Source: Mobula hypostoma
Taxonomy: Eukaryota
Direction: 5' to 3'
Assembly: GCF_963921235.1 (NCBI RefSeq)
Contig: NC_086108.1
Coordinates: forward strand, 32,366,001-32,430,000
DNA length: 64,000 nucleotides
Shown piece after piece: positions 11,660-24,986 of the stretch. A program made the position numbers and the translations under genes. The notes beneath the pieces are model-generated. The model had not been told where the DNA came from and did no database searches. It saw nothing but the letters and a program-made list of their open reading frames with translations. Numbering within the stretch: position 1 is the first letter of the stretch; every line of letters begins with the position of its first letter.

Positions 11660-12310
11660 AGCAACACATAATAAACTGGAGGAATACTGGGTCAGATAGC
11701 ATCAGGGAGGGAAATGAAGGCCCCTCAACAGAACTGGAAAGATGGGGGTGGGGAGAAGATGACCAGTATTATAAAAGTGAATGGAAGGGTTAGGGTAAGA
11801 GCTGATAGGTGAGAGGAGAGTGATACACAGATGGAGGAAGGGGGAGTGAGACTAGTGCTGGAAGCTGGGTGATAGGTGGAAGTGACAAAAAGTTGGAGAT
11901 GATGGAATCTGATGAGAGGGGAGGTGGAGAGGATAGATAGGAATAGTGGGGGAGTCGAGTCAGTGGGAGGAGTATGTGGGTGAAGAGTCTTGTGGGAAGC
12001 TTGTGGGGGGTGGGCAAATTGCACAGGATATTTGTTTCACCCTCACTCCTCCCAACGCTTCCTCTATCACTCCAGTTATCACTTCCCAGCTTCTGGTGCT
12101 GTTTCAACTCTGCTTTCTCCATATGCCAATTATCACCTCTCGTGTAGATCCACCTGCCATTTATAACCTTACTCCTTCCCTTAATCTTTCAGGCCAGATG
12201 AAGGGTCTCGTCCTGAAACCTTGACTCTATTTCCCTCTGTAGATGCTGCCTGACCCATTGAGTTTCTTGAGCTTTCTGTGTATTGCTCCAGATTTCAGCA
12301 ATCTCCTTAT
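11660..12310. mobile_element. Degenerate Penelope-like terminal-repeat pair in inverted arrangement
   Basis: Purine-rich half followed by a pyrimidine-rich half. Right end GATGAAGGGTCTCGTCCTGAAACCTTGACT...AGATGCTGCCTGACC resembles the repeats at 35.5-36.5 kb. Confidence 0.6.
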
Positions 12311-15300
12311 TGAATTTTGAGAGTCGTACACTATCACCATGTCTGCCGAGCTCCACATCTAACATCAGTGAGCTTCAATCCTGCCTCATATCTGTGGAAA
12401 CCCTCATCTATACCTTTATTTTCATTTTTATATATCTTTTTTGTCATTAGCTTCTCTTCTGATCTCCACTGACATCCAAACCTCTGTCATTATCTGAACC
12501 CACAAAAAGAATTCTTCAGTCCTGCACTTGTTGGTCCACAAATGGTTGCCAGTTTAGTAATGCTTGATTTTATTTTAAGTTCAATCATTCAACCATGCCC
12601 ATGGATACAGCTAAGCAAAACAACATTCCTCTGGGACCAAAGTGCAATACACAGTACCAACAGTCACACACTGCTCAAGCCACATATAACACATATAATT
12701 TGATAGCAGTCTAACTTAGTATGTAACAATATAGCCAAAGTCCTTGAATGTCATGGCCTCTTGCCTGATAATGCATAGGATGTTGTCTTGGAACTACACT
12801 CAGCTGCAGATGAACGCAATCAGTAGGGCCCAGTCCCCAACCCAGCCACACTGCCTCTGGTGTCTCCTTCCCTGGGCGGCTGCAACAGGTGACCGCAGGG
12901 GATGAGGGCCTGGCCTGCACAACAATCGAGGCCTTGCAGCCCTCTGTTAGTCTTGCCAATGAACTAGTAAAATGGACTTGCCATGTTCAACATTACCAAT
13001 GTCCAATAAAACCTTGTGATCATAAGGAAAAAAGATAATCCTTTGGACGATGCACTGCCTCTGACTGCTTCGGATTTCTGTAGGAAGCAGCAGCAGCAGC
13101 ACTGTACACAACAAATCCAGTTCCAACTCTATCAAGCAACTTGCTGATGGGGTAGACTTGCAGTATTTGCTGTTCTTAATGTTATCAAGTTTCAATCCCT
13201 CCATGGCTTCACACTTAGTTATTTAGCTTTTCCAGCTCTGTGATCCTTTGGGATATCCCTATTCCTTCAATTATGACCTTTTACATTGGCCCAATTTTAA
13301 TTATTGCTCCAGTGGCCTTCATTTCCCTGTGTTGGAACTCTTTCTCTCATCTTCTGTACTTTGCTAACTCTCAGTTGAAAAAATTGTCTCTTCAAAACCT
13401 CCTTATGTTCTCATCCAAAATCTTGTTTCTTTGACTCAATATATTTAATGTTCTTGTGCAAATGCCCTTGTTGTAATACATTGAGGTTTACAATTTGAAA
13501 ATCAAAAACAAATTGCAGGTGCTAGATATATGAAATGAAAACAGAAAATATTGGAAGTACCTGGGTCTGATTAGTACGTGGAAAGTATTTTTGGGTTCCC
13601 AAATTGTACAATTATATATTAGAAAAATGTAGGAATATAGCTTTGTGAATCAAACCAATCTCAGGTTTACAAAATAGATCACTGCATGCTCGATAATTTA
13701 ACTATTTTTTCATGTTCCCAGTTTCAGTAAAGGTTCTTTGACCTGATCTGTTAACTCTTTATCTTTCCAGCGTTATTGCCTGACCTCCTGAGTGTTTCCA
13801 GTATTTTGTGGTTTTACGTTATTCACCTTTCAATCATGGAAGTACCCAGCTTTGTCTCAGAGAAAAAGCTTTGATTTGACAATTCTCACTGTTTCATAGT
13901 CCAAGTAGCTATTTTTGACCCTGTTCTGGGAGGATGTGAGACTTTTCCAGCTATTAATTACAGTGTGGGTTTATTTCAGTTGACCACATGTGTAAAGAAG
14001 TCACTGGATGTTAATCAGTTTTTGATTCCAGTCCATCTTGTCCCTGGAAGACCAAAGGTACTAAAACCCATTATAGACCAGCCAATGCTGGAAGTTAGGT
14101 CAGTTGACTTGGCTCTGATTAGAAATTGAATCTGGATCTATCCATCTATTTGGCTTGAGTTTATAAAGAACTGATCCTCCTACAGTCTGTCTATCATGAC
14201 AGAGCACAGTTATCCTGAAATCTCACCATTTTAAAAGTTTCTTCCCCCAGGCAGTTAATCTGATCAACAGTTCCAGATAGCCCCTCCCAACCACTCGCCC
14301 CCCCCCCCATATTACCTCAATCACTGCATAGCACTGTAAACACTTTAAACCACTTGTTATAATGCTGTTTGCATTGTAAATACATACTGGTATTTGTACT
14401 TATGAATAATTAATTCCATATCTGTACTACTAACCTTTGTACTTAATTCTTTATTGGTTATAACCATTGAATGTTTTTTGCATGTGTCACCAACACACCA
14501 CAGCAAATTCCTAATACATGTAAATGGCGAATAAAGTTGACCCTTGAAATGTAGGAATATGACAATGTAGTCCCAAGCCAGTCTCAAATGGAGGAAAAAG
14601 TTCACCAATAGGGAGTAGCTTATTTTGTCAGGTTCATCCAAAATTTAACTTGCATATGTTGTCTATTGTGCACATGTGAATTGTGCAGCAGATCTGTTTT
14701 AAAGCGTATTTTCTCAATGGTAAGAGAGACCTGAAGGTGAGGAGAGAGATCATGCAGTTTGTAAGAAAGATTTGAAACCTTGGTGAAGAGAGTAGATAGG
14801 GTGAGGGCAGAGTTTTAAGACCTACGGAACAGAATTTTTAAAAAAAATTGAAGCCTGTCTTTGGGCTTTGGGGAGAGGGTTAAGACTTGTGTTTAGATGA
14901 GGATGTCAGAAACTATTACAATCCAGATTGGAAGAGAGTAAATCAAACCTAGGTGTCTGTAGAGTGGTTCAAAATCTGGAGGTTGATGATTTTGGTATAA
15001 TTGGGAAGGTGATTCGAAGAATTTTTGCATCAAAGAATGTGGGTAGGAGCATCTAATGGGTTCAAAACAACCTTCTTGCAATAATTAGCAATTGATTCTC
15101 CGGTAACTAGCTAAGGTTAAAACATTGTATAATAAATTGGATCTCATCTCTACAACTTGTGTATCCTTCAGCAGTTGTCTGTATTTGAGAGTCTATATAT
15201 TTGACAACTAATATCAAATAAGCATTTCATGCCCTTGCTATACGAGCCCCGGGCTTCCATGTACCAGCAAATCTTATACACCCAAATATCAATAATCCTC

Positions 15301-16776
15301 ATCCATGGTCTCTGTCTTGATCATTTAAAAAAAAAATGACCCTCCAAGCCAAAAAGTTTTGGCACTGCTGACTGGGTTTGTGCAAAGCAGAATTTCATAA
15401 TTATGATTTGCATCATCATTGTTGCTAGTCCTTTTATAAGTGAAGTAAAGCAGAATATGCTGGAAATGGTCATAGGACCAGCATATTGACTGAGACACTG
15501 AGTCAGATTTTTTAGTTGACTGACTTTACACCAGAACTGTGAACAAGAGTGAATATATCAATGTTGTAGATTGAAATATAAGTAATAGTCCAGGACAAGG
15601 AACAGTCACTGCAGGGTTTGAGCTGATGATGTGAATCTGTGATGCATCTGGCTGCTTTCGTCAAGGCTGTCTCTGATGTTGAATGTATTGACGACAGATA
15701 ATATGGGATCTCGGTTAAGCTGGACAAGTGCAGCCAGTCACACTTTCAAGATAGCACAAAATATTGTACAGCTAATTAAATACTGCATGCTTCATGGTCA
15801 TAATACAGGAAAATATTGGTTGTAAGAATAATTGATTTATAATACATTGCAAACAGGTTATTTTTAATCTAATTTGTCCTGAGGTTTGTGGATATTTCTG
15901 AAGAATTGTGTCAAACGAGTAAAATGTGAATTTCATGCAGTTGGTTTTCTACTGGTCAGCATTGATTTTGCATTTGGCCCCATTTAATGGAAATTTTTAC
16001 TTATAAATACAATGATTATGCATTGCAGCTAAAGGCTGATTAACTTGTCCTCTGTTACACTCATATAATATACCATTCAAATACATGTCCAGAGCAGAAA
16101 TGCTATTTATAGCCTTGGTTTCGTAATTACTTTTTGATGCCCTTGGACTGAAGTGATGGAGGCTAAAGAACACAATTTAATAGAGATGTGAGATTGAACA
16201 TAAAGAATAGTGGTTCTGAACACTTTTGTATTTAATGTGATTTAAAAATTAAACATAAAGCACTTGATTAGATGTGAAAATCCTGTACTCTGATCTTTCT
16301 TTCTCACTAATCAGTGCCTTTGGATTTATCAGCAGCAGAAAATTGCTTGAACAGTGGCAGGGTGCAGTGCAAAAGCTCAGAATGATAGCTTCAGTAATTC
16401 GGACTGATAAGTTGAACTTTTGAGCAGATTAGTGGCTGAGGTAACAGCAAAGCCAGAAGAAATCTTTAGAGTCATTTTTAAACTAAGTGTCTCTTTTAAT
16501 CATTGGGCTCACTGAAGATAAAAATGGATAACTTGGAATAAAAAAAAGATTTCCGGGGGGGGGGGGTGGGGTGGGGAAACAAGTATTGTGAGCATGAACC
16601 TGCCTGCATTTTTCCTGCCCTTCAGCCAAGCACATTTATGGCCAGTGGTATGAAGCAAAGCTTATTGGGTCAGAAATTTCAGGTCCGGTCTCATTCCGGT
16701 TTGACACTCCAACACTGAGATACTGTTTAATTAGTGGATGGGTCATATTTGTAAGAATTGTTAAAGGAAAAATTCT

Positions 16777-16947
16777 ATAGGAAGAGGCGCAGTCGACGTT
16801 TCAGGCTGAGACCCTTCGTCAGGACGAAGGGTCTCGGCCTGAAACGTCGACTGCGCCTCTTCCTATAGATGCTGCTTGGCCTGCTGCGTTCACCAGCAAC
16901 TTTGATGTATGTTGCTTGAATTTCCAGCATCTGCAGAATTCCTGTTG
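16777..16947. mobile_element. 171-bp Penelope-derived hairpin mini-insertion
   Basis: 14-bp direct repeat AAAGGAAAAATTCT at 16763-16776 and 16948-16961. 47-bp inverted arms at 16774-16820 and 16823-16869. Sequence nearly identical to the Penelope-like repeat 3' end at 36400-36520. Confidence 0.88.
16790..16825 (-). ncRNA. Minimal type I hammerhead ribozyme motif
   Basis: Minus strand reads GTC-CTGACGA-AGGGTCTCAGCCT-GAAA-CG-TC-GAC: CUGANGA and GAAA boxes and a GUC cleavage triplet. Stem I is only 3 bp. Confidence 0.55.
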
Positions 16948-17974
16948 AAAGGAAAAATTCTGTCTACTTGTTTGAAGAGCAGGAATCTTCTCGTGTGTTT
17001 TGTGAACATTGATGACATAGTCAGCATGTACAGTAGATTGCCTGTCCAGTTATCTGAGCATGTTTAGTTGGGTGCATATTGCAAATGTGCATTGATTATC
17101 TACAAAAAACTTAAAACAAATTTTGCTGAGTTGTCTTTTTATTAAATAAGAGAATATTTGTCAAGATTAAAATATATTTCAAATGTTGCCAAGTTTGATT
17201 ATTTTTAAGTGAGTTAATTGATCTCTTGATTTATTTCATTGACCACTATTGATTCAGATTTAAACACAGCAGGATGCCAGCATTCTTGTGTGTCATGAGA
17301 TTATTGATCATCATTGTCTGGTTCTGTATCTGTCTGTTCAGAAGGTTTCTTCAACAAAAATGACCATATATTAAACTATTTTAAATCATGGAAATTTTAC
17401 AGACGATGAGCTAAAAGAGCTTCACGTTTGTGAAGGTCTGTGGCTTTGCAAGCCATTGATCTTTAAGTACCTGCAGCAACTTAAGTGAACTGAGTTTCAG
17501 TCCTTCAAGCAGTAAGTTCCAGACCCATATCTTGATGAAAAATTGTTTTCCTCATCTCTTCTCTAACCCTTATACCTTTACTTTATACTCCCTTGTCTAT
17601 TTGTGCCTCTGTAGTTGAAAATAGATTGAGACTAGTCACAAATTTATATACTAGTCACAAGTTTGCCCCAGCCTCCTCTGTTCTAGGTGTGTTATTCTAT
17701 AATGCTGGTATCTGTTCAATTGAGGCAAGCAGGAATTCTCAAGATTTTGCATTCTTTACATGAAACCAAACACATTGGGTGAACACTTTGTATGACACTT
17801 CCATTCAAGGCTTTACCCTGAGCCTCCTGTTTACTATCATCCTGACCTCTCCAGCCATAATACTGTTTGCATAAAGCCCAATAAAAGCCTAGGAAGTAGC
17901 ATTTCATCTTCTGATTGCCACACTAAACCAGTAGGACATTAAATTCAACAATTCCAATTAACTCATCTTCTCAG

Positions 17975-18264
17975 TCTATTTACTGAGATGCAGTGTAGAA
18001 TAACCCCTTCTGGGCCTTTGAGCTGTGCTGTGCAGCAATCCCCTGATTCAATCATAGCCTCATCACAGTACAATTTACAATGACCAATTAACCTACCAAC
18101 CGGTACATCTTTGGACTGTGGGAGGAAACCAGAGCACCCAGAGGAAACCCACATGATCATGGGGAGAATGTGCAAACAACTCCTTGTTGGCAGTGGTGGG
18201 AATTGAACCCGGGTTGCCTGTGCTCTGAAGCTTTGTGCGAGCTACTACACCACTGTGCTGCCCC
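17975..18264 (-). mobile_element. tRNA-derived V-SINE (HE1-like)
   Basis: Minus strand has a tRNA-like head (GGGGCAGCACAGTGGTGTAGT...GGGTTCAATTCC) and the V-domain core GGGTTTCCTCTGGGTGCTCTGGTTTCCTCCCACAGTCCAAAGA. Confidence 0.8.
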
Positions 18265-18764
18265 AATATGAGAACTGACTAGTTCTGATGAAAGGACTTG
18301 TAATTGTAATGGCACTGTTTCCCTCTCCAGATGTTGGATAACTTGCTGAGTTATTTCCAACTTTCTCTGTGCCGTCCTTGTCTAGTCTGGTTCACAGGAG
18401 CCTTTAGATCTATAGCAATGTGCCTGATTCTTTACTGCCATCTGAAATGACCTAAAAATCCTCTTGGTTGTATCATAATTGTAACTGTAAAAAAGAAAGG
18501 GTAAAACAGTTTTCATCCTTCATGAACACCAATACCATGCATAGAAAAGTTAATTTTAGTCAAGTCTTGTATACTCACAGCACCGCAGGAGAGCAAGGAA
18601 CCCTCCATCCAAGCCAACTCTCGAGATAACACCCATTAGTCTCATTTTCACTCTGATTTCCCTGTTTTTTTTTCCTTCACTCACAAGCCCAGCCAATTGC
18701 CTTTCACTTTTTTAAATTAATTTGCACTCTGGGGTAATTTACAAAAACCAGTGAGCATTCAAGC

Positions 18765-21200
18765 ATTTTGGAATCAGGTTTACTACACTGGCACAGATTG
18801 TGAAATTTATTTTCTGTCAGCAGTACATTGCAATACATAATTTAAAAATTACAATATATTAAAAATTAAATTGGTGCAAAAAGTTTTTAAAAATGTATAG
18901 TGAGGTGGTGTACATGGGTTCATTGTCCATTCAGAAATATGATAGCAGAGGGCTAGAAGCTGTCAAGCTGCCCTCATGATTGCATCAGTATGCTGGGCCC
19001 AGGATGGATCTTCAGAGACGTTGACGCCCAGGAACTTGAAACTGCTGACTCTTTCCATTGCTGATTCTTCGATAATGACTGGTATGTGTTTTTCGACTTC
19101 CCCTTCCTAAAGTCTACATTCAGTTCCTTAGTCTTATTTACGTTGAGTGCAAGATTGCTCTTGCGGCACCACTTAACCAACTGATCTGTCTCACTCCTGT
19201 AGCTTCCTTGTGAACATCTAAAATTCTGTCAACAAAAGTTCTGTCATTGACAAATTCATAGATGGCATTTGAGCTGTGCCTGGCCACACAGTGGTGGGTG
19301 TAGAGAAAGTAGAGCATTGGGCTAAGCATGCGTTCTTGAGGTGAGCCAGTGTTCATTGTCATGAGAAGGAAATGTTATTGCCCATTCACACTGACTGCGG
19401 TCTCCTGGTGAGGATGTCAACGATCCATTTGCAGAGGGAGGTGCAGAGGATCAGATTTTGGAGCTTGTCGACTTGAATTGAGGGTATGATTGTGTTGATG
19501 GCTGAGGTGTAATCAATAAACAGCAGCCTGACATAGGTGTTGCTGTTGTCCAAGTGATCCATTGCCAAGTGGTGAGCTAGTGGAATTACATCTGCTGTAG
19601 CTCTATTGTGGAGATGGGCAAATTGCAGTGGGTCTAGGTTCTTGGGGAGGAGTTGATTCTGGCCATGACCAACCTCTCAAAGTACTTTATCACAGAAGAT
19701 GTGAGTGCAATGAGGTGATGGTCATTGAGACAGCTCACCCTGCTCCTCTTGCGCATTGGTATGATTGCCATCCTTTTGAATCAGGTAGGAACCTCGGACT
19801 GCAGGTATCTTGGAATACTCCTACCAGTTGATTGGCATAGGTTTTCAGTTCCTTACCAGTTACATCATTAGGGCCTGACGCCTTGCGAGGGTTCACCCTC
19901 TTGAAAGATCTTCTGACATTGGTGTATGGCATAGTTTCACCAGATGCTGCAGGGATTTGCACAGATGTAGTCTTATTCTCTCTTTCAAAGCGTGCGTAAA
20001 AGTTGTTGAGCTCATATGGGAGTGAAGCATCATAACTATTCACAAGTTTCACCTTGTAGGAAGATGTGGCTTGCAAACCCTGCCAGAGCTAATGTGCATC
20101 TGATTTCCTGTAACTTCAATCAGAATTGTTTATTTGGTCATATCTGGACGACTTGTATAGTTCTGATTCGCCAGCCATGACCGCCATAGATCTAGCCCTC
20201 AGCAGACTCTGAATTGTCTGGTTCATCCATGGTTTTTGGTTTGGATATGTCTTGTATGTTCTTGAAGGCACACACTCATCCACACAGGTCTTGATGAAGT
20301 TGGGTGACGACTGTGGTGTATTCATCCAGATTCGAAGAGGAATCCCTGAGTATTGTCCTGTCTACTGACTCAAAGCCGTCCTATACGTGCTGCACCACCT
20401 GCCTTCACCATACCACCTTGATCCTCACTACTGGTGCTGCAGTCTTTAGTCTCTGCTGGGAGTAGAATAAAAGCCACTGTTCTTTCTGTAACTATAGTAC
20501 AGTGACTGTTCTTGCTGGTGGTATAACAGTATGTTGGCTCCTCTGATTCCAGACGTGATATGTTAGTGATAGTTGTTTTGAGATCTCTTCAGCCTAGCCT
20601 GGTTGAAATCCCCTGTAATGATAGAGAAGGCATCAGGGTGTGCTGTTTTGTGACCGCTGATCACAGTGCTTAGCTCCTGCAGTGCCTGCCTAACATTGGC
20701 TTGAGGTGGAATGTACATTATTACCATGATCACAGTGGAAAACCCTTGGCAGACAAAATAGATGATTCTTGATCGCTTCACGTTCCAGGTTGTGTGAGCA
20801 GGATTGAGGCAGAACTGCCATGTCTATGCATGATGGGTTAATCATAAAGCATATTCCACCTCCACTACCTTTAAAAGTCTTACATGTCCTTTTTTCTTGT
20901 GGATGGTGAAGCCCTTGGGCTCCAGCTCTGCATCTGAAATATGGGGGTGAACTGTGTACACAGCAGTCCTTGATGTCCCTCTGGTAGTATAATCTTGCTC
21001 AGAGGTTTTCAGTTTTGTTTCCCGGGAGGATAGTCGGGAGCAGTGAGTCTCAATCATACCTGCAGCTCAGTGTGCCTTCCCCACTTCCTTTTTCTTAAAG
21101 GGTAACTGCACTCATGTCCTGAGTCTGCCTTCATGGCTCTGCTGATGTTCTAATAATCTTAAAACGAAGTTGCTTACTAAAGTATCTTTGGCTGTGACTG
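18765..21200 (-). mobile_element. Rex1/Babar-type LINE, heavily degenerate
   Basis: Minus ORFs 20563-20781 (YIPPQAN...TGDFNQ), 19735-20076 (NPRKASGP), 19386-19568 ([10 protein letters not shown]), 19138-19362 (GSPQ..LSPMLY) and 18974-19180 (LALNVNKTKEL). Confidence 0.85.
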
Positions 21201-22339
21201 TGGGTTTCAGCTGTTGTAATTCTAAACTGAGTTGTTCAGAAAGAATCACCACTTGGTGTCATCTTGTGTGATCTTCTATGTGATGTGGGAGGAAACAGAC
21301 CATCTGGTAGAATTCACATCACGAGGCGAAAATAGAACTCCAAATGGACAGCACCTTGGGACAAGATCAGTCAAAAACAGAAGAGCTGAAACTACTCAGC
21401 AAAACAGGCTTTGTGGGAAGGGAAGCAAACAGTTTCAACTCAGAGACCCTTGTCAGAACTTGAAACAACCAAAATGCTGTCTTTGTTTCTCTTCCTACTG
21501 ATGCAGCCTGACCAGTAAAGTATGTCTGATGCTTTCTGCTTTTGTTTTAGTTTTTCAGCATCTGCATTTAAATTATTGTCATGAATCTAAAACTGAATTA
21601 GCGGTGTTAATTACTGAGCCATGTTTAACCCTGAAGCCCTTGCAAACATATGGGTACTGGGGTGCAAATTGGGGAGACTGTCCCATAGGTGGATCGTGCA
21701 ACAAACTGAGAATTTTGTGTTAAGAACTCGCCACAATATCTTAAAGGAATTTATTGAGGAGTAACATATTACTACAGCTAAAACTTAAGAATGTACATTT
21801 TTTTTTAATCCTGAGTACCTCTGAACAGTAACATCTGCATTTCTCTAAAAATTTTAAGTTGGAGGTTTTCCATTCAAGGAGTTTGCCTTGATAGCCAGAA
21901 GTTTTATTTGCTGTCACATTTTTAGATGTTAGTGTAAAATGAAATAACTTTAGAAGGAGGGGGAGAGAGTAATTGGATTCTGTTGTGGAATATGTGATCT
22001 AAGTTGGATGGAGCACTTAGAGCATTCAACAACTGTCTGTATAACTGTAGTGGACATAGCATTTGGAAACAATATCTATATCCTAGCATCAACTGTAAAT
22101 GAGTTTAATAAATGGTGATCAGTTTCTGCTAAATTTAGTATATCTGGTAAATTTTGAATATTTTTGAAGTGTGATAGATTTTGGTGTTTTAATCCAAGGT
22201 TCTTTTAAAAGTCAGGAACAAGGCAAAAAGCTTGTTGTTTCATGATCATTCTATTAAGAATTGATAGAACAAAAGGAAGTTGAAACAAGCAGACAGTGTT
22301 CTACCACTTGAAGAGAGAAAATAAAGATGGCACCTCGCA

Positions 22340-22920
22340 TAAAACAAGAGAAAATCTGCAGATGCTGGAAATCCAAGCAACACACACAAAATGCTGGAGA
22401 AACTCAGCAGGCCAGGTAGCATCTATGGAAACAAGTACAGTCGTCGTTTTGGGCTGAGACCTTTCATCAGGACAGGACTGAGGAAAAATAGATGAGTCAG
22501 AGTAGGAAGGTGGAGTGGACAAAAAAAAGCAAGTTGATGGGTGAAACTGGGGGGTGTGGGGGAGAAGGGTGGGTAACAAGCTAGAAAGTTGATTGGTGAG
22601 ATACAGGACTGAAGAAGGGGGAAATCTGATAGAGGACAGAAGGCTATAGAAGAAAAGAAAGCGGTGAGCAGCACCAGAAGGAGGTTATAGGCAGGTAAGG
22701 AGATGAGGTGAGAGATAGGAATGGCGGGGGTGGGGTGGGAGGTGGCATTGCTGGAAGTTCATGAAATCGACGTTTTACCTATCACCTTATGGTTCTTGCT
22801 CTTATTTCTCCCCCCCCCCCAACTTTCTTTCTCTGACTCCTTATCTTTTTCCCCAGTCCTGATGAAGGATCTTGGCCCGAAATGTTGACTGTACTCATTT
22901 CCATAGGTACATTTTGTGTT
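22340..22920. mobile_element. Penelope-like terminal-repeat pair, inverted
   Basis: Minus-strand copy 22340-22760 (TCTGCAGATGCTGGAAAT...CTTTCATCAGGAC) faces a plus-strand copy 22775-22920 (CAGTCCTGATGAAGG...GAAATGTTGACTG). Confidence 0.75.
22854..22891 (+). ncRNA. Hammerhead ribozyme-like motif, diverged
   Basis: CAGTC-CTGATGA-AGGATCTTGGCCC-GAAA-TG-TT-GACTG. Core boxes and a 5-bp stem I are retained; stems II and III are weakened. Confidence 0.45.
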
Positions 22921-23751
22921 ACGTAGCACAAAACAGCTACTTTTATACTACTGAGAAACAATTAGAAAATACTTACTTAATACTGCAGTAAAAATTAACC
23001 ATTGAGATATTTACTTAATGCAGAACAAAGAAACTTCCAGAATTATACCTTGTATAACCACTAGGGGCATATTAAACAGTTGTGCATACTATAACCACTA
23101 GGAATCACAGTGAGCAGTAACTGTATAAAATACAAACAGATAATTGTTAACTGCAAACAAAGACAATTAGTCTAATCCTAGAATGAAACAGTTAGATCCA
23201 ATAGCGGTAAATAGTTAAGATTCTTTTTGGCTTAAGTCTTTGTAACACCAGAGTGACTTTAAAACACAAAATGCTGAGAATAGTCATGAGGACGGGGGTC
23301 ATTAAGAAGAGAGAAGCTGAGTTGGTGCTCAGCATTGGAAAAGGTGCAGAATCTGGGATACAGAGATTGTTAAAGAGAGGAGAGAACTAAAGGGTGGAAA
23401 GGTCTTGAATTAGAAAACAGGAGTGATTGATAGTTGGAATGGTTAAGCAAGGAAGGGTGTGGTATTTGAACAAGTAAACAATAGGATCTGAGGTACAAGT
23501 GAGAGAGATTCAGAATCCTTATCTGAAGTTGCATAGAAAATTGGGTGCTAGAAACCTTAAGTAAAAGCAGATCACATTTACTTTTTCATTCTCCACCAGT
23601 GGTGTTTTGCTGAACTTATGAAGAATACAGATAATTTGTGGAACATCTGTTTTGTAGTTTTGCATCATGATTGTTCCTGCTCTGCAGACCTTCCAGTAAT
23701 TACTACATTAGAACTATAAATGTTCTATTTTGAGACCCAACTTTCAAAATA

Positions 23752-24235
23752 CGAGGAGTGATTGATAAGTTTGTGGCCTAAGATAGAAGTACAGTAGTCA
23801 ATTTTAGAAAACCTAGCACATTTATTTTTCAACATAGTCCCCTCCTACATGTACACACTTAGTCCAGCGGTTGTAGAGCATATGGATCCCTTCTTTGTAG
23901 AAGTGGCCCACAGCAGGGGTGATTGATAAGTTCGTGGTCGATGTGGATGAATTATACCGCTCTCATTACATGCGTGTGCAGTTCAACTCTTTGAGTGAAA
24001 ATGCAGAAAGTTTGAAGTTTCTCCTCATCTATTTCTACCTTAGGCCATGAAGTTATCAATCACTCCTGCTGTGGACCACTTTCTGAAGGTCCAAGATGCT
24101 GACTTCTACAAAGAAGGGATCTGTATGCTCCACGACCACTGGACTAAGTGTGTAAATGTAGGAAAAATAAATGTGCTAGGTTTTCTAAAATTGATTCCTT
24201 CTACCTTAGGCCAGAAACCTATCAATCACCCCTCG
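23752..24235. mobile_element. Mariner-derived fold-back MITE
   Basis: TIRs CGAGGAGTGATTGATAAGTTTGTGGCCTAAG / CTTAGGCCAGAAACCTATCAATCACCCCTCG with TA on both sides. The mariner C-terminal remnant (DFYKEGICMLHDHWTKCV, ORF 24047) is present in both orientations. Confidence 0.88.
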
Positions 24236-24280
24236 TACTTTTGTTACAACATTGAATTTTTCACTATGCTATATATTAAA

Positions 24281-24630
24281 CAGGGCGGTGGGTGGAGATG
24301 TGACGCCACCACAGGAGGTGTAAGGCACTCGTTCCCTACACTAGCCTGCAGGTCACCCTTGGGCAAGGTATAGCAGCCCCCCCCCCCCCCAAGATCAGAG
24401 TCATATGAAGCCATGGGAGCAGGTGGTGAATAGTCATATGAGTAGCCAATGCACATCCCTGGTTACGCAACTAATGACACTAGGCAGACAGTCTGAAGAG
24501 TATTGATCATGGCTGGGGTCACTTGTCCAGAAGAGGGCAATGGCAAACCACTTCTGTAGATAAATTTGCTAAGAACGATCATGATCATGGATAAGACTAT
24601 GATCACCCACATCATACAATGTGGCAAATA
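24281..24630 (+). mobile_element. SINE-like repeat with RTE-type 3' end
   Basis: GAGGGCAATGGCAAACCACTTC resembles the 3' ends of RTE/BovB-mobilised SINEs. Boundaries approximate. Confidence 0.45.
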
Positions 24631-24920
24631 ATATGTTGAACTGTTTTTTGCTAGTTTACTTGTTTCACTATAATTGGGCTATATCAGAGTTCAGTTTTCA
24701 TCTCTAGTCACTGAACCTTTAAGTGATAGACTATTTTGTTGCCTTGAAGTAAAGGCAAACAAAATTGAGATATATCTGCACTTCTGCCATGATTTGATTA
24801 AATTACATAAACCAGAGATGTTAAAATATGTACATTAATAATGTACCTTAATTTGTTGTAGGTTGATCATTCAGATCTCCTCAGTTTGAGGCAAAGACGA
24901 TATATCATTGGACTGTAACT

Positions 24921-24986
24921 ATGCCACCTAAGTTTAAACGACACTTGGATGATGATGACGTGACAGGTTCTGTAAGAAGTGAAAGG
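24921..24986 (+). CDS. VAMP4: VAMP4 first coding exon (exon 24862-24986; 59 nt 5' UTR)
   Basis: MPPKFKRHLDDDDVTGSVRSER matches the vertebrate VAMP4 N-terminus. Acceptor TTGTAG at 24861, donor AGG|GTGAGT at 24987, phase 0. Confidence 0.97.

Noticed and set aside
16555..16576. G-runs as functional G-quadruplexes (also ~39913 and ~41830)
   Set aside because: Simple poly-G tracts are common and error-prone in assemblies; no other support.
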